Of a DNA stretch of 64,000 nucleotides, positions 1 to 12,357 are shown in pieces. The number at the start of each line of letters is the position of its first letter. Position 1 is the stretch's first letter. A program made the position numbers and the translations under genes. Source of the stretch: Paraspadella gotoi (Eukaryota > Animalia > Chaetognatha); contig CM119264.1 in NCBI GenBank assembly GCA_051294375.1, positions 11,906,263-11,970,262 of the forward strand, read 5' to 3'. Below the pieces are notes generated by a model. The model searched no databases, was not told the DNA's origin, and worked only from the letters and a program-made list of their open reading frames with translations.

Positions 1-359
1 CTTTTCTTTCCTTCACCCTTCTTTTCTTTCCTCTTTTTCCTTTCCTTTCCTCTTATTTCCTTTCTTTTTTCCGTCCACACAACAGCTTATTCCACTATGC
101 ACGATTCCCCGCGGCAAAATAAATTTATCTCTGTCCGAGCTCATAATTTTTTTTTCACTTCCTCCCACTCCATCTTATTCCCGTTGCAGTGTTAATTCGA
201 GAATTCTTCAATTTTTTTTTCCTTTTTTTTTTTTTAAATCGCATGATGGATTCGCCATCTTTCTTTTCCCTCCTCGGTTTAGTTTTTAAATCGTCCATTT
301 CCGGTTCCAAGTTCCGGTTCAACATCCGGTTCTGCTTAAAAATTTTGCCTTTGAGTTTG

Positions 360-412
360 CCTCCGCTCTTACTTCCGCTTTTACTTCCGCTTTTACTTTC
401 GCTTTTACTTCG
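360..412. repeat. 12-bp tandem repeat (CTTTTACTTCCG)-like, ~4 copies
   Basis: ctccgctcttacttccgcttttacttccgcttttactttcgcttttactt read directly. Confidence 0.8.
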
Positions 413-1556
413 GCTCTATTTCCGTTTTTACTGCTTCCCTTCAATTCCTCTTCTAACAAACATTACAGGTTGATCTTTCCTCTTAAAGCTCTTTCGCTTT
501 TTTCATGTATTTTCCCTTGATTATCCTTCTCGCGCTGATCGCTATTTCCGAACCGATCCGCCGCGCTCGCAGTAATGGTTCGATGCGTCTCCGTCTCTGT
601 CACGATCNNNNNNNNNNNNNNNNNNNNNNNNNNNNNNNNNNNNNNNNNNNNNNNNNNNNNNNNNNNNNNNNNNNNNNNNNNNNNNNNNNNNNNNNNNNNN
701 NNNNNNNNNNNNNNNNNNNNNNNNNNNNNNNNNNNNNNNNNNNNNNNNNNNNNNNNNNNNNNNNNNNNNNNNNNNNNNNNNNNNNNNNNNNNNNNNNNNN
801 NNNNNNNNNNNNNNNNNNNNNNNNNNNNNNNNNNNNNNNNNNNNNNNNNNNNNNNNNNNNNNNNNNNNNNNNNNNNNNNNNNNNNNNNNNNNNNNNNNNN
901 NNNNNNNNNNNNNNNNNNNNNNNNNNNNNNNNNNNNNNNNNNNNNNNNNNNNNNNNNNNNNNNNNNNNNNNNNNNNNNNNNNNNNNNNNNNNNNNNNNNN
1001 NNNNNNNNNNNNNNNNNNNNNNNNNNNNNNNNNNNNNNNNNNNNNNNNNNNNNNNNNNNNNNNNNNNNNNNNNNNNNNNNNNNNNNNNNNNNNNNNNNNN
1101 NNNNNNNNNNNNNNNNNNNNNNNNNNNNNNNNNNNNNNNNNNNNNNNNNNNNNNNNNNNNNNNNNNNNNNNNNNNNNNNNNNNNNNNNNNNNNNNNNNNN
1201 NNNNNNNNNNNNNNNNNNNNNNNNNNNNNNNNNNNNNNNNNNNNNNNNNNNNNNNNNNNNNNNNNNNNNNNNNNNNNNNNNNNNNNNNNNNNNNNNNNNN
1301 NNNNNNNNNNNNNNNNNNNNNNNNNNNCGAACGAGGAAAAGATCAAAACCCAAATTGAAAATGAGAAACTATCCTCGATCCTTTTCTTGACCAAATATGA
1401 AGATAATTTCTCTTCGCTCATCCAAGCTTTCCCCTATCTTTCGCCACGCCTTATCTAAGCCTTCCCCTAGGTTTTCCGAGCTTTCCCAAGCTTTCCCAAA
1501 ACCTCCCATAAACCTTCCCCCGACCCTTAGCAAAAGTCCCAAATATATTATCCAAC

Positions 1557-1692
1557 CTGATGACGTTGCCGCACTTAAAGAGGCCGGAGTCGGCGAACTC
1601 GACGTTACGAATCTCGAGGACATAATTGAGGTTCTCGTCTTTCCAGAAGTGATACTTGGTTCGATCCACCGTCTTATCGAAAGGGGCGTCGC
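1557..1692 (-). CDS. Coding exon of an Ig-superfamily protein (second half of the Ig domain)
   Basis: Acceptor ctatcttctctccag| and donor cag|gttgga. Translates (G)DAPFDKTVDRTKYHFWKDENLNYVLEIRNVEFADSGLFKCGNVI(R), containing the Ig E-F strand motif LxIxxVxxxDSGx(Y/F)xC. Phase 1 start matches exon 2361-2453. Confidence 0.88.
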
Positions 1693-2360
1693 CTGGAGAG
1701 AAGATAGGAAGAGAGGGGGGAAGGAATGTAGGGAAATAGGAAGGAGGAACGAGGAAAAAAGGAGTAATAAAAACATAAATGAAGGGAAGAAATAAGGAAG
1801 TAGGGAAATGAGGAGAGAGGGGAGTGACAAACAACGGAAAGGTTAATGTCGGGAAGAAGAGAAAGCAGGAGCGGGAAAAAAAAAGGTGGAAGAAAGGAAA
1901 GGCCTCGATGACGGATGGAAGAGTGGTGATGGATAGAAGAGGTTAAGAGAACAAAGGGAGGGAAAGATAGAAACGAAACATAACGAGACAGGGCGGTGGG
2001 AAAAAAAAAATTTCGGAGGAAAGAAAATTCGGAGGAAGGAGGAAAGAAATACGAGCCTCGTTTTTTCTATACATTTCTAATGCGAAAGAAAAAAAAAATT
2101 GGAGGGAAAAAATGGTGGCACATTCGGGTAAATTTCCTTTTCCTCCTTCCGAACCTCAGCCGCTCATATTCTTTCTTTTTTTTTTCCTTTTATTTTTATT
2201 TCGAAAAAAAAGGAGAAAAAAACCCCGAGATTTGGATTCGAATCCTCCGCTCTTTCTTTCTCGCCTCGAAATCGACCACCACGTCTCCGCCCACTCGCAC
2301 GGTCCATCCCACCCTCTTTCCTTTGGCCACGCCTCGCCGCCCCATGAAATATTCACTTAC

Positions 2361-2453
2361 CCAGAGAAATAAAATGTTGGAAAAGGACACCGGAAAGCTT
2401 TATCCAAACGGGGGGCCGATGCGGCGAGGAGCAACGGAAAGAGATGGTGCTGC
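2361..2453 (-). CDS. Coding exon of an Ig-superfamily protein (B-strand Cys, C-strand Trp)
   Basis: Acceptor ctttcccgctttcag| and consensus donor g|gtaagt. 93 bp, phase 1 to phase 1: (G)STISFRCSSPHRPPVWIKLSGVLFQHFISL(G). Joined to the next exon there are 63 residues between the two Cys. Confidence 0.88.
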
Positions 2454-4082
2454 CTGAAAGCGGGAAAGAAGAAAGAGAGAAGAGGTTAAAAGTCTCGCTC
2501 TCTCTGTGTTTCTCTTTCTCTCTTTCTCTCTTTCTCTCTCTCTCTCTCNNNNNNNNNNNNNNNNNNNNNNNNNNNNNNNNNNNNNNNNNNNNNNNNNNNN
2601 NNNNNNNNNNNNNNNNNNNNNNNNNNNNNNNNNNNNNNNNNNNNNNNNNNNNNNNNNNNNNNNNNNNNNNNNNNNNNNNNNNNNNNNNNNNNNNNNNNNN
2701 NNNNNNNNNNNNNNNNNNNNNNNNNNNNNNNNNNNNNNNNNNNNNNNNNNNNNNNNNNNNNNNNCAACCTATTTGTTTCAGTTTCTTAACGCAAAGAAAA
2801 CGCTAAATAAAAACAAGGCAAAAAGAGAAAAAAAGACATTTTTTTTTGCCGCTAGGATCTCGCTGCATAAAAAAAGGGGACGGCGATGGGAAAGGAAATC
2901 GGCTCCGCTTCGCCGTTCAATTTTCTTCCTCTTTTTTTCTCCATAAATAATCGAGACTGAAAATAAAAAAAGTTCATCATTCTGGGTTTTCTGGAGGTTT
3001 TTTTTTTTTTTTGAATAAAAAAAAAGAATTAAAAAAATTCCCGAGGCGAGAGAAAGTAAGTAAAGTGTTTGAGGTTTAGGGTAGGAAATAGAGGAGAGAC
3101 TTGTGATAAATTGTCAGGAGTGATAAAGGAATTGGAGAGTAGTGAGAAAATATTTTGTGAAAAGCGTGAAGAGGCGGNNNNNNNNNNNNNNNNNNNNNNN
3201 NNNNNNNNNNNNNNNNNNNNNNNNNNNNNNNNNNNNNNNNNNNNNNNNNNNNNNNNNNNNNNNNNNNNNNNNNNNNNNNNNNNNNNNNNNNNNNNNNNNN
3301 NNNNNNNNNNNNNNNNNNNNNNNNNNNNNNNNNNNNNNNNNNNNNNNNNNNNNNNNNNNNNNNNNNNNNNNNNNNNNNNNNNNNNNNNNNNNNNNNNNNN
3401 NNNNNNNNNNNNNNNNNNNNNNNNNNNNNNNNNNNNNNNNNNNNNNNNNNNNNNNNNNNNNNNNNNNNNNNNNNNNNNNNNNNNNNNNNNNNNNNNNNNN
3501 NNNNNNNNNNNNNNNNNNNNNNNNNNNNNNNNNNNNNNNNNNNNNNNNNNNNNNNNNNNNNNNNNNNNNNNNNNNNNNNNNNNNNNNNNNNNNNNNNNNN
3601 NNNNNNNNNNNNNNNNNNNNNNNNNNNNNNNNNNNNNNNNNNNNNNNNNNNNNNNNNNNNNNNNNNNNNNNNNNNNNNNNNNNNNNNNNNNNNNNNNNNN
3701 NNNNNNNNNNNNNNNNNNNNNNNNNNNNNNNNNNNNNNNNNNNNNNNNNNNNNNNNNNNNNNNNNNNNNNNNNNNNNNNNNNNNNNNNNNNNNNNNNNNN
3801 NNNNNNNNNNNNNNNNNNNNNNNNNNNNNNNNNNNNNNNNNNNATTTTCTTTGTTTTAATAACTTTTATTGAGAGAAAAATGACAACGTCTAAAGGCGTC
3901 TCCGCCAGTTTTTGCATTTTTCCATTAAAATTGCGTCGCGTTTTATCCGAGCGTAATGTTTATCTTATTAACGGTTTATGGTTTCGATGTAATCACAAAG
4001 GAGAAAAATAATGGAGAAATAGGAACGTGCAACGTGCAAAAATCCAAATCGCGACGTGACAGAGAGACGTCCACTCAAACAC

Positions 4083-4130
4083 GTTAACACGCAAACAGGT
4101 TAACACGCAAACAGGTTAACACGCAAACAC
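4083..4130. repeat. 16-bp tandem repeat GTTAACACGCAAACAG, x3
   Basis: gttaacacgcaaacag gttaacacgcaaacag gttaacacgcaaacac read directly. Confidence 0.85.
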
Positions 4131-4662
4131 TCACGTCTTGCTCTTGGGTTTTTTTTTTCTTCACTTCGACGCGGTGAATAATTTGACTCATTAACGACTT
4201 CACAAGTCGGCGCGAACGAACCCGTTCGTGCGCTTGTTTTCGATTTCACTCTTGCTTCACCCTTTTTTCCTTTATTTCGCTCTCCCCTTCTCCATTCCCC
4301 TCTTTGCAGGGCACGCCCCGCTTAAAACTCTCTCGCTCCCTAAGCTCTTAGCCCTCAGCCATTCCCCAGCCTTTCCGACTCCCAAGCGAACTTTTTTTTT
4401 CTTTTTCGCCTCGACCTGGATCCCGTTTTCCTGCCCAATTCTCTTTGCTTTTCCCGTGTACCTATGACTTTCTTTCCACCTTCCCTCAACTTCTTCGTCC
4501 GCTCTTCGTCAACCGCCCAGTTCTTACTTTCTCTCCGTATTTTTTCTCTGCCCTCACGCCCGTCCCCTCATCCTTTCTCTTTCTCGCCCTTAATCGCCCC
4601 GGCCGTTCTTTCCTCCCCTTCTCTTTCTCCGCCTCATCTGCATTCCACGGCTGAATCGCGCC

Positions 4663-4697
<35 letters not shown>

Positions 4698-4993
4698 TTG
4701 CTTTCGTCCCGACTTCTTGTTTGGATACACTTTTAACGACCGCGTTCCATGGGCGGTTGAGGACGGGGAAACCGTAGGTGGATGGGTGGTTGGCAGCGTC
4801 GGTGGAGAAAAAAAAAACTGTCGATCCGTTGTTTTTTGTTCTTTGTTATTGTCATTTGTTAGTGTTGTCGGCCTAACCTCGTTCGACGGCCCGAGCGGCT
4901 AATCTCATCAACGATGATCGATGCGCAGTTGTCAAACGACAATATCGGTCGATGGAGCGGCGACGATGAAGCCAATGTCGAAGCGACCCTCTC

Positions 4994-5107
<114 letters not shown>

Positions 5108-5576
5108 CCATTCGCGTTATCTTATCTTCCACAGCTTAAAGGACAAAACATTCAATTCAGCTCTTTCTAGCTTCTCCTTCTTTAAAACTCTCTCCTGCTT
5201 TCTCTCTTCTCTTTCAAACAAACACAGACACACATTCACGCGCAAGCGCACTCACACAAACAGGGACTCACACCTAATTCGAAATTTCCACGAACTCGTT
5301 AAGGCCGAAAATCTAGGGAAGGCCGAATGTTAAATACGGCTTCATTTCCATAACCCCCTTTTCCGCGGCCCGCAACTCGCTCATCCCTAATCTTTTCACT
5401 CTGCAATCCCTGTCTTTAAATCCCTCGTTCCTTGTCCCTTCTCTCATGGCCAACGATCATTCTCTTTTCCGAGCTAAATCCTTTCTCGTAAAGGAATTCC
5501 TTTTAAAACCCCTAATTCTTCCTTTAAATCAAACCCCCCTTCTTCTCCCCTTCTCCTTTCTACCCCCGTCTCTCAC

Positions 5577-5833
5577 CTGTCGGCACCATGGTTTTGACGA
5601 CCTCCATGGCCGCCCCGCCGGGCCCGGGATGAAGATGGTTGCGGGGGCGGATAGAGGCGGCCAAGTCCTTGACCGTCGCCCCGTGAAAGACGAAGAACCA
5701 AAGAAGCGGGAGGAGGAGCGAGGGGCGCGAGCCGGCCGGGCGCGGTCCTAAGGGGCGGCGACCGAGCGGGCCGCTCCGAGACGTGCCACGGCCGTCGGCG
5801 CGAAGAAGCGGTCGAGAAGCGCCCGACGAGGCC
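5577..5833 (-). CDS. Coding exon of the Ig-superfamily gene: hydrophobic leader and start of the Ig domain
   Basis: Donor acag|gtgaga (phase 1) splices in frame to 2453, giving ...SLLLPLLWFFVFHGATVKDLAASIRPRNHLHPGPGGAAMEVVKTMVPTG-STISFRC. The 5' boundary (tttctag|) is less certain. Confidence 0.72.
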
Positions 5834-6847
5834 CTAGAAACCCCGAGGGCGGGAAGGCGGGGAAAGGGGGCGTTTAACGAAGGTTGACGTCGACCCTGGC
5901 GGTGGTGGCAGGAGAGAGTCGTCGAGGCGGGGCGCAGGGGTGGCGCCTCTGTCGAGGAATGCGGACTAAGGGGAGGGGAAGGGGAGGGCGGGGGAAGATT
6001 AAGAATCCGCGACGCTTCCCAGTGGAGTAGGGGTTGGGGTGGAGATTTCTTTTTATCGCTCGTCGTAGTTTCTTTCATCTTTAAAAGATAAAACGCGGAG
6101 GATGTCGCTAATTTCCTCTCAATTATATCTTTCGCTTCCCGTTGTCGAGATTTTTTCAAATGACGCCGCAAAGTGACGCTGGTCGAGATTCCGTTCGTCG
6201 TTTTCCCGCCACAACGCCGCGTCGTTGGCGCAACGGCGACGGCGGCGTCTTTTTCGTCGCCGAATTCGCCCTCGGCTATCGTAAAGACGTCGTTTTCGTT
6301 GCGTCTCGTTTCATGAATTAACAACGAGACGCCGTCATGAAAAAATGACGCCGCGAGTGGAGAAGAGATCGTCGTCGCCGGAAAAGTGAATCCTTCGCTT
6401 GGCGACGCCGGAGTTGCAGCGGAACCGTCGGGAGTGAAAGCGTAGTTCCTCGTATTTCCGTCAGAGGCGCGGAGTCGACGAACTCGCTGGAAGAGCGAGG
6501 GGAGCGAGAAGTGGATGCCAATGCGTCCGTCGACTTCCGAAGCGACGGATCGACGATCCTCTTCGTCGAATCGGGAAATGCTCAATGATTTAAGATCCAT
6601 TATTTCCTTTGATTTTCAAAGAAGCGGAAGCGACTTTGAAAGACAAAATCGTTTGATTCGCGATGTATAATCCGGAAAGTTCGATATTCGCGGGAACAGG
6701 GAATCCCCGTGACGACGACGATGACAAAAATGTTGGGGTCGGTCGTTGTCGTTCTTTGGCGTAGGTTTTTTGTGGCGGAAAATTCCGAAACCAACCAAGC
6801 ATGAAAACAATTTTACTTTCCTTTCTTTTCTTCTCACTCTCTCTTAC

Positions 6848-7092
6848 CAGCTTGATATTTTTTTTCTCCTTCTCACTTTTCTTTTTTTTTCCCCGACCTC
6901 TCTATTATTCCATACCCGATTTTTTTTTTTTCGGTCCGCACTTTTCTTTTTTTTTTCCCTTATGCTCGCGCTCACTTTCCTAACTTTCCTCTCTTTCCTT
7001 CCTTTCCGCCCTCTCTCTTCGTTGGAATCGCAGAAAAAATATTTTTTTCCTTCCTCCGGCGAGAAAACGGTCGTGGTAGCCTTGGTCGAGAC
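6848..7092 (-). other. Candidate upstream exon (5'UTR or coding) of the Ig gene
   Basis: Strong acceptor ttcttttctctcctcag| and donor ctg|gtaaga. Open in phase 0 to 2, matching the phase-2 start of 5577-5833, but the Lys-rich homopolymer content looks UTR-like. Confidence 0.35.
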
Positions 7093-7756
7093 CTGAGGAG
7101 AGAAAAGAATGAGAGCGTGCGTGAATGAGAGAGAAAAACAGAGAGAGAGAGNNNNNNNNNNNNNNNNNNNNNNNNNNNNNNNNNNNNNNNNNNNNNNNNN
7201 NNNNNNNNNNNNNNNNNNNNNNNNNNNNNNNNNNNNNNNNNNNNNNNNNNNNNNNNNNNNNNNNNNNNNNNNNNNNNNNNNNNNNNNNNNNNNNNNNNNN
7301 NNNNNNNNNNNNNNNNNNNNNNNNNNNNNNNNNNNNNNNNNNNNNNNNNNNNNNNNNNNNNNNNNNNNNNNNNNNNNNNNNNNNNNNNNNNNNNNNNNNN
7401 NNNNNNNNNNNNNNNNNNNNNNNNNNNNNNNNNNNNNNNNNNNNNNNNNNNNNNNNNNNNNNNNNNNNNNNNNNNNNNNNNNNNNNNNNNNNNNNNNNNN
7501 NNNNNNNNNNNNNNNNNNNNNNNNNNNNNNNNNNNNNNNNNNNNNNNNNNNNNNNNNNNNNNNNNNNNNNNNNNNNNNNNNNNNNNNNNNNNNNNNNNNN
7601 NNNNNNNNNNNNNNNNNNNNNNNNNNNNNNNNNNNNNNNNNNNNNNNNNNNNNNNNNNNNNNNNNNNNNNNNNNNNNNNNNNNNNNNNNNNNNNNNNNNN
7701 NNNNNNNNNNNNNNNNNNNNNNNNNNNNNNNNNNNNNNNNNNNNNNNNNNNNNNNN

Positions 7757-7791
<35 letters not shown>

Positions 7792-8124
7792 CTTCATTGG
7801 TATTATCATTTCAATTATCCGCTTTAACCGAGTCCATGGCGTTTCTTCGAACGTATAATATATTTTTTTCCCTTCGCAGTTTGCATTTCCGCTAATTAGG
7901 CGAAGCTCGCGCGTTTCTCTTTTTCCCCCCGTTTTTCTTTTTTTTTCTTAACTAACATTCTTTTTTGTTCCGTGATTCATTATCCTACGTTTCTGCATTT
8001 ACGGTCAAATTGGGTTAATTGTTGCTCTCATTATCGTACGCAAAAAAAATCTTAAAAGTATAGTGATCTCGACTGACGTTACTATCAAAGAAATTTAATG
8101 AAAAAAATCCAGAAAAAAAACGAA

Positions 8125-8310
8125 TGATTGATGCAATAAAGAAATATTGATGTAATAGTAATTGATTTATTGATGTAATAGTAATTGATTGATTGATGTA
8201 AAATAATTGATTGACGTAATAGTAATTGATTATTAATGCAATGATAACCAATTATTGATGCAATGATAACCAAATATTGATGCCATGATAACCAAATGAT
8301 GGATACAATA
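8125..8310. repeat. Degenerate ~21-23-bp AT-rich tandem repeat
   Basis: Units such as attgatgtaatagtaattgattt and gatgcaatgataaccaa recur in tandem. Confidence 0.7.
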
Positions 8311-8743
8311 ATACCCTGTGTCCGATCGCGAGTGACACCAAAAAAAATATTTACTATACTTTAAATATTTAATAAATATAATTCATAAGTATATCATTAG
8401 TTGGAGAACTACTCGTCGTTTTTTACGTATAAGTTTCATTTCGTGTTTAATTCATTTACTCTTCAATGTTTAATTTTTTATCTAACACAGTAAAATTGGC
8501 TAGGGGAATAAGTAAATACAGCGCAAAAAAATGTTATCAAAAACTAGGCTCCGCCCATTTCGTCTCGTCTATCTCTCCGCCGAGACAAACTCGCATCTCC
8601 CCGGATTCGACGAGTTTTCGCGGATTCTCACGGATGGAACCGCGATGGAACCGTCGAGTCTTCACCACGTCTCAATCAAACCCCTGGGGATTTCTGCTCG
8701 ACTCTAGTCAGAAAGAAGAGCGACTCGGGCCAGAATCTCTCTC

Positions 8744-8813
<70 letters not shown>

Positions 8814-9761
8814 TCTTTTCTGACTAGAGTCGAGCAGGAAATCCCCACGGGTTTTGATTGAGACGTTGTGAAGACTCGACGGTTCTCATCGGCGGTTCCA
8901 TCCGTGAGAATCCGCGAAAACTCGTCGAATCGGGGAGTGCGAGTTTTGCTCGGCGGAGAGCATAGACGGAGACGAAATGGGCCGGAGGCCTAATTTTTGA
9001 TAACATTTTTTTTGCGCTGTATTTACTTATGTCCCTAGCCAATTTTACTGTGTTAGATAAAAATTAACATTGAAAGAGTAAAATGAATTAAAACACGAAA
9101 TGAACTTTATACGTAAAAAACGACGAGTAAGTTCTCCAACTAATGAATATTACTTATGAATTATATTTATTAAATATTTTTAAAGTATAGTAAATATTTT
9201 TTTTGGTGTCACTCGCGATCGGACACAGGGGTTTATTGTATCCATCATTTGGGTTATTCATTGGCAGTCAATATTTGGTTATCATTGCATCAATAATTGG
9301 TTATCATGCATAATACATTCAATACTATTACGTCAGTCAATGATTATTTTACATACAAATCAATCAATTACATTACATCAATAATCCATCTACTATGTAC
9401 ATCAATATTTCTTTTATTGCATCAATCATCAGTTTTATTTCTGGATTTTTTCATTAAATTTCTTTGATTAGCTAAACGTCAGTCGAGATCACTTAATATC
9501 ATTTTAAGATTTTTTTTTGTACGATAATGAGAGCAACAAATTACCCAATTTGACCGTAAATGCAGAAACGCCTAGGATAATGAATCACGGAACAAAAAAG
9601 AATGAACGCGCGAGCTTCGCCTAATTAGCGGAAATTGCCAAACTTAGCGAAGGGAAAAAATATATCCTATACGTTCGAAGAAGAAACGCCATCGGACTCG
9701 GTTAAAGCGGATATTGAAATGATAATTACCAATGAAGTTCTTCTCTCTCTGCTTGCTCTCT

Positions 9762-9836
<75 letters not shown>

Positions 9837-10168
9837 TCCTTCTGCCCTCGCAATTCTTGTCTCGTTCGTTCTCTTTTCACGCACTCATTCTTTTGTTCCT
9901 TCGGGCGAAAGAGAAGAAAGAAAAAAAAAACTTTTCTGGTTTTTGTCTTTGGGCGGGAATTCTTTTTCTCTTTTGTGACTCATGAACTCTACGTTTTTTT
10001 TGCCGCGGATATATAATACGAATGATTAAAAATAAAAAGGCGGAGGGTAGGGGGAACTATAATAAATTAGTAAGACTCTAACGTCGCGGGCTCCGTAAGG
10101 TGTTTTCTCAACTTTCATTATTTATTACTACTTCACTGAAATAATTGGCTGGCGTTTTACTCTCTCTC

Positions 10169-10228
<60 letters not shown>

Positions 10229-11542
10229 TCTCTTCATTTCACGCACGCTCTCATTCTTTCTCTTCCTCAGGTCTCGACCAAGGCTACCCACGACCGTTTT
10301 CTCGCCGGAGGAAGGAAAAAAATATTTTTTCTGCTGATTTCCAACGAAGGAGAGGCGGAAAGGAAGGAAAAGAGGAAGTTTAGGAAAGTGAGCGCGAGCT
10401 AAGGGAAAAAAAGAAAAGTGCGGACCGAAAAAAAAAATCGGTATGGAACTAATAGATGAGGTCGGGGAAAAAAAAAAGAAAAAGTGAGAAGGAGAAAAAA
10501 AATATCAAGCTGGTAAGAGAAGTGAGAAAAAGCAAGGGAAAGTTAAAAATTGTTTTCATGCTTGGTTGTTTCGGAATTTTGCCGCCACAAAAAAAACCTA
10601 CGCCAAAGAACGACACGACCGACCCCAACATTGTTGTCATCGTCGTCGTCACTGGGATTTCCCTGTTCCGCGAATATCGAACTTTTCCGGATTATACATC
10701 GCGATCAAACGATTTTGTCTTTCAAAGGTCGTTCCGCTTCTTTTGAAAATCAAAGGAAATAATGGATCTTTAAATCATTGAGCATTTCCCGATGTCGCGA
10801 AGAGCGATCGTCGATCCGTCGCTTCGAAGTCGACGGACGCATTGGCATCCACTTCTCGCTCCCTCGCTCTTCCAGCGAGTTCGTCGACTCCGCGCCTCTG
10901 ACGGAAATTACGAGGAACTACGCTTTCACTCCCGACGGGGTTCCGCTGCAACTCCGGCGTCGCCAAGCGAAGGATTCACTTTTTCCGGCGACGACGATCT
11001 CTTCTTCCACTTCGCGGCGTCATTTTTCATGAGCGGCGTCTCGTTTGTTAATTCAATGAAACGAGACGGCAAGAAACGACGGTCTTTTACGATAAGCCGA
11101 GGGCGAATTCAGGCGGACGAAAAAGACGCCGCCGTCGCGTTGCAGCCAACGACGGGCGTTGTGGCCGGTGAAAACGACGAACGGAATTCGCCCAGCCGTC
11201 ACTTGCGGCGTTCATTTTGAAAAAATCTCGACAACGGAAGCGAAAGATATAATGAGAGAATTAGCGACATTCCTCGCGTTTTATCTTTTTAAAGATGAAA
11301 GACTCGACGAGCGATAAAAAGAATCTTCCACCCCCAACCCCCTACTCCACTGGGAAGCGTTCGCGGATCTTAATCTTCCCCCGCCCTCCCCTTCCCCTCC
11401 CTTAGTCCGCCATTTCGACAGCAAGGCGCCACCCCTGCCGCCCCGCCTCGCGACTCTTCTCCTGCCACCACGCCAGGTCGAACCGTCAAACCTTCGTTAA
11501 ACGCCCCCTTTCCCCGCCTTCCCGCCCGTCGGGGTTTCTTAG

Positions 11543-11839
11543 GGCCTCGTCGGGCGGCTTTTTCCTTTTTTTTTCGGGGGGAAAAAAACGGCCTTTTTCT
11601 TCCCCGCCGGCCGAACCGGCCGTGGCCACGTCTCGGAGCGGCCCGCTCGGTCGCCGCCCCTTTAGCGACGCGCCCGGCCGGCTCGCGCCCCTCGCTCCTC
11701 CTCCCGCTTCTTTGGTTCTTCGTCTTTCACGTGGCGACGGTCAAGGAACTTGGCCGCCTCGTATCCGCCCCCGCAACATCTTCATCCCGGGCCCGGCGGG
11801 GCGGCCTATGGAAGGTCGTAAAACTATGGTGTCCGACAG
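11543..11839 (+). other. Frameshifted mirror copy of exon 5577-5833 (artefact, not a paralog)
   Basis: Lies inside the inverted arm, with many indels and inflated homopolymers at 11560-11615. Confidence 0.8.
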
Positions 11840-12325
11840 GTGAGAGACGGGGGTTTAGAAAGGTAAAGGGGAGGAAGAAGGGGGGTTTTTGATTTAATGG
11901 AAGAATTAGGGGTTTTAAAAGAATTCCTTTCGAGAAAGGAGTTAGCTCGGAAAAGAGAATGATCGTTGGCCATGAGTAGAAGGACAAGGAACGAGGGATT
12001 TAACAGGACAGGGATTGCAGAGTGAAAGATTAGGATGAGCGAGATTGGCGGGCCGCCGGAAAAGGGGGGTTATGGAAATGAAGCCGTATTTAACATTCGG
12101 CCTTCCTATGATTTTTCGGCCTTAACGAGTTCCGCTGGAAATTTCGAAATTAGGCTGATGAGTCCCTGTTGTGTGCAGTGCGCTTCGCGCGCGTGAATGT
12201 TGTCTTGGTTTTTTTTGAAAGAGAGAGAAGAAAGCAGGAGAGAGTTTAAAGAAGGAGAAGTAGAAAAGAAGCTGAATTGAATGTTTTGTCCTTTAAAGCT
12301 GTGGAAGATAAGATAACGCGAATGG

Positions 12326-12357
<32 letters not shown>

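Noticed and set aside
463-3917. Long ORFs containing X runs
   Set aside because: They span N-gaps (608-1327, 2549-2764, 3178-3843) and carry no coding evidence.
5834-6600. Upstream part of the 346-aa minus ORF as a full single-exon gene
   Set aside because: It starts at a non-ATG codon, is stop-poor GC-rich sequence with no domain, and only the 3' part is supported by splicing to the Ig exons.
8721-8810. PacBio SMRTbell adapter remnant at the fold-back centre
   Set aside because: ATCTCTCTC is present, but the adapter's AAC/GGA repeat loop is absent and the turn is asymmetric; it is explained by the microsatellite.
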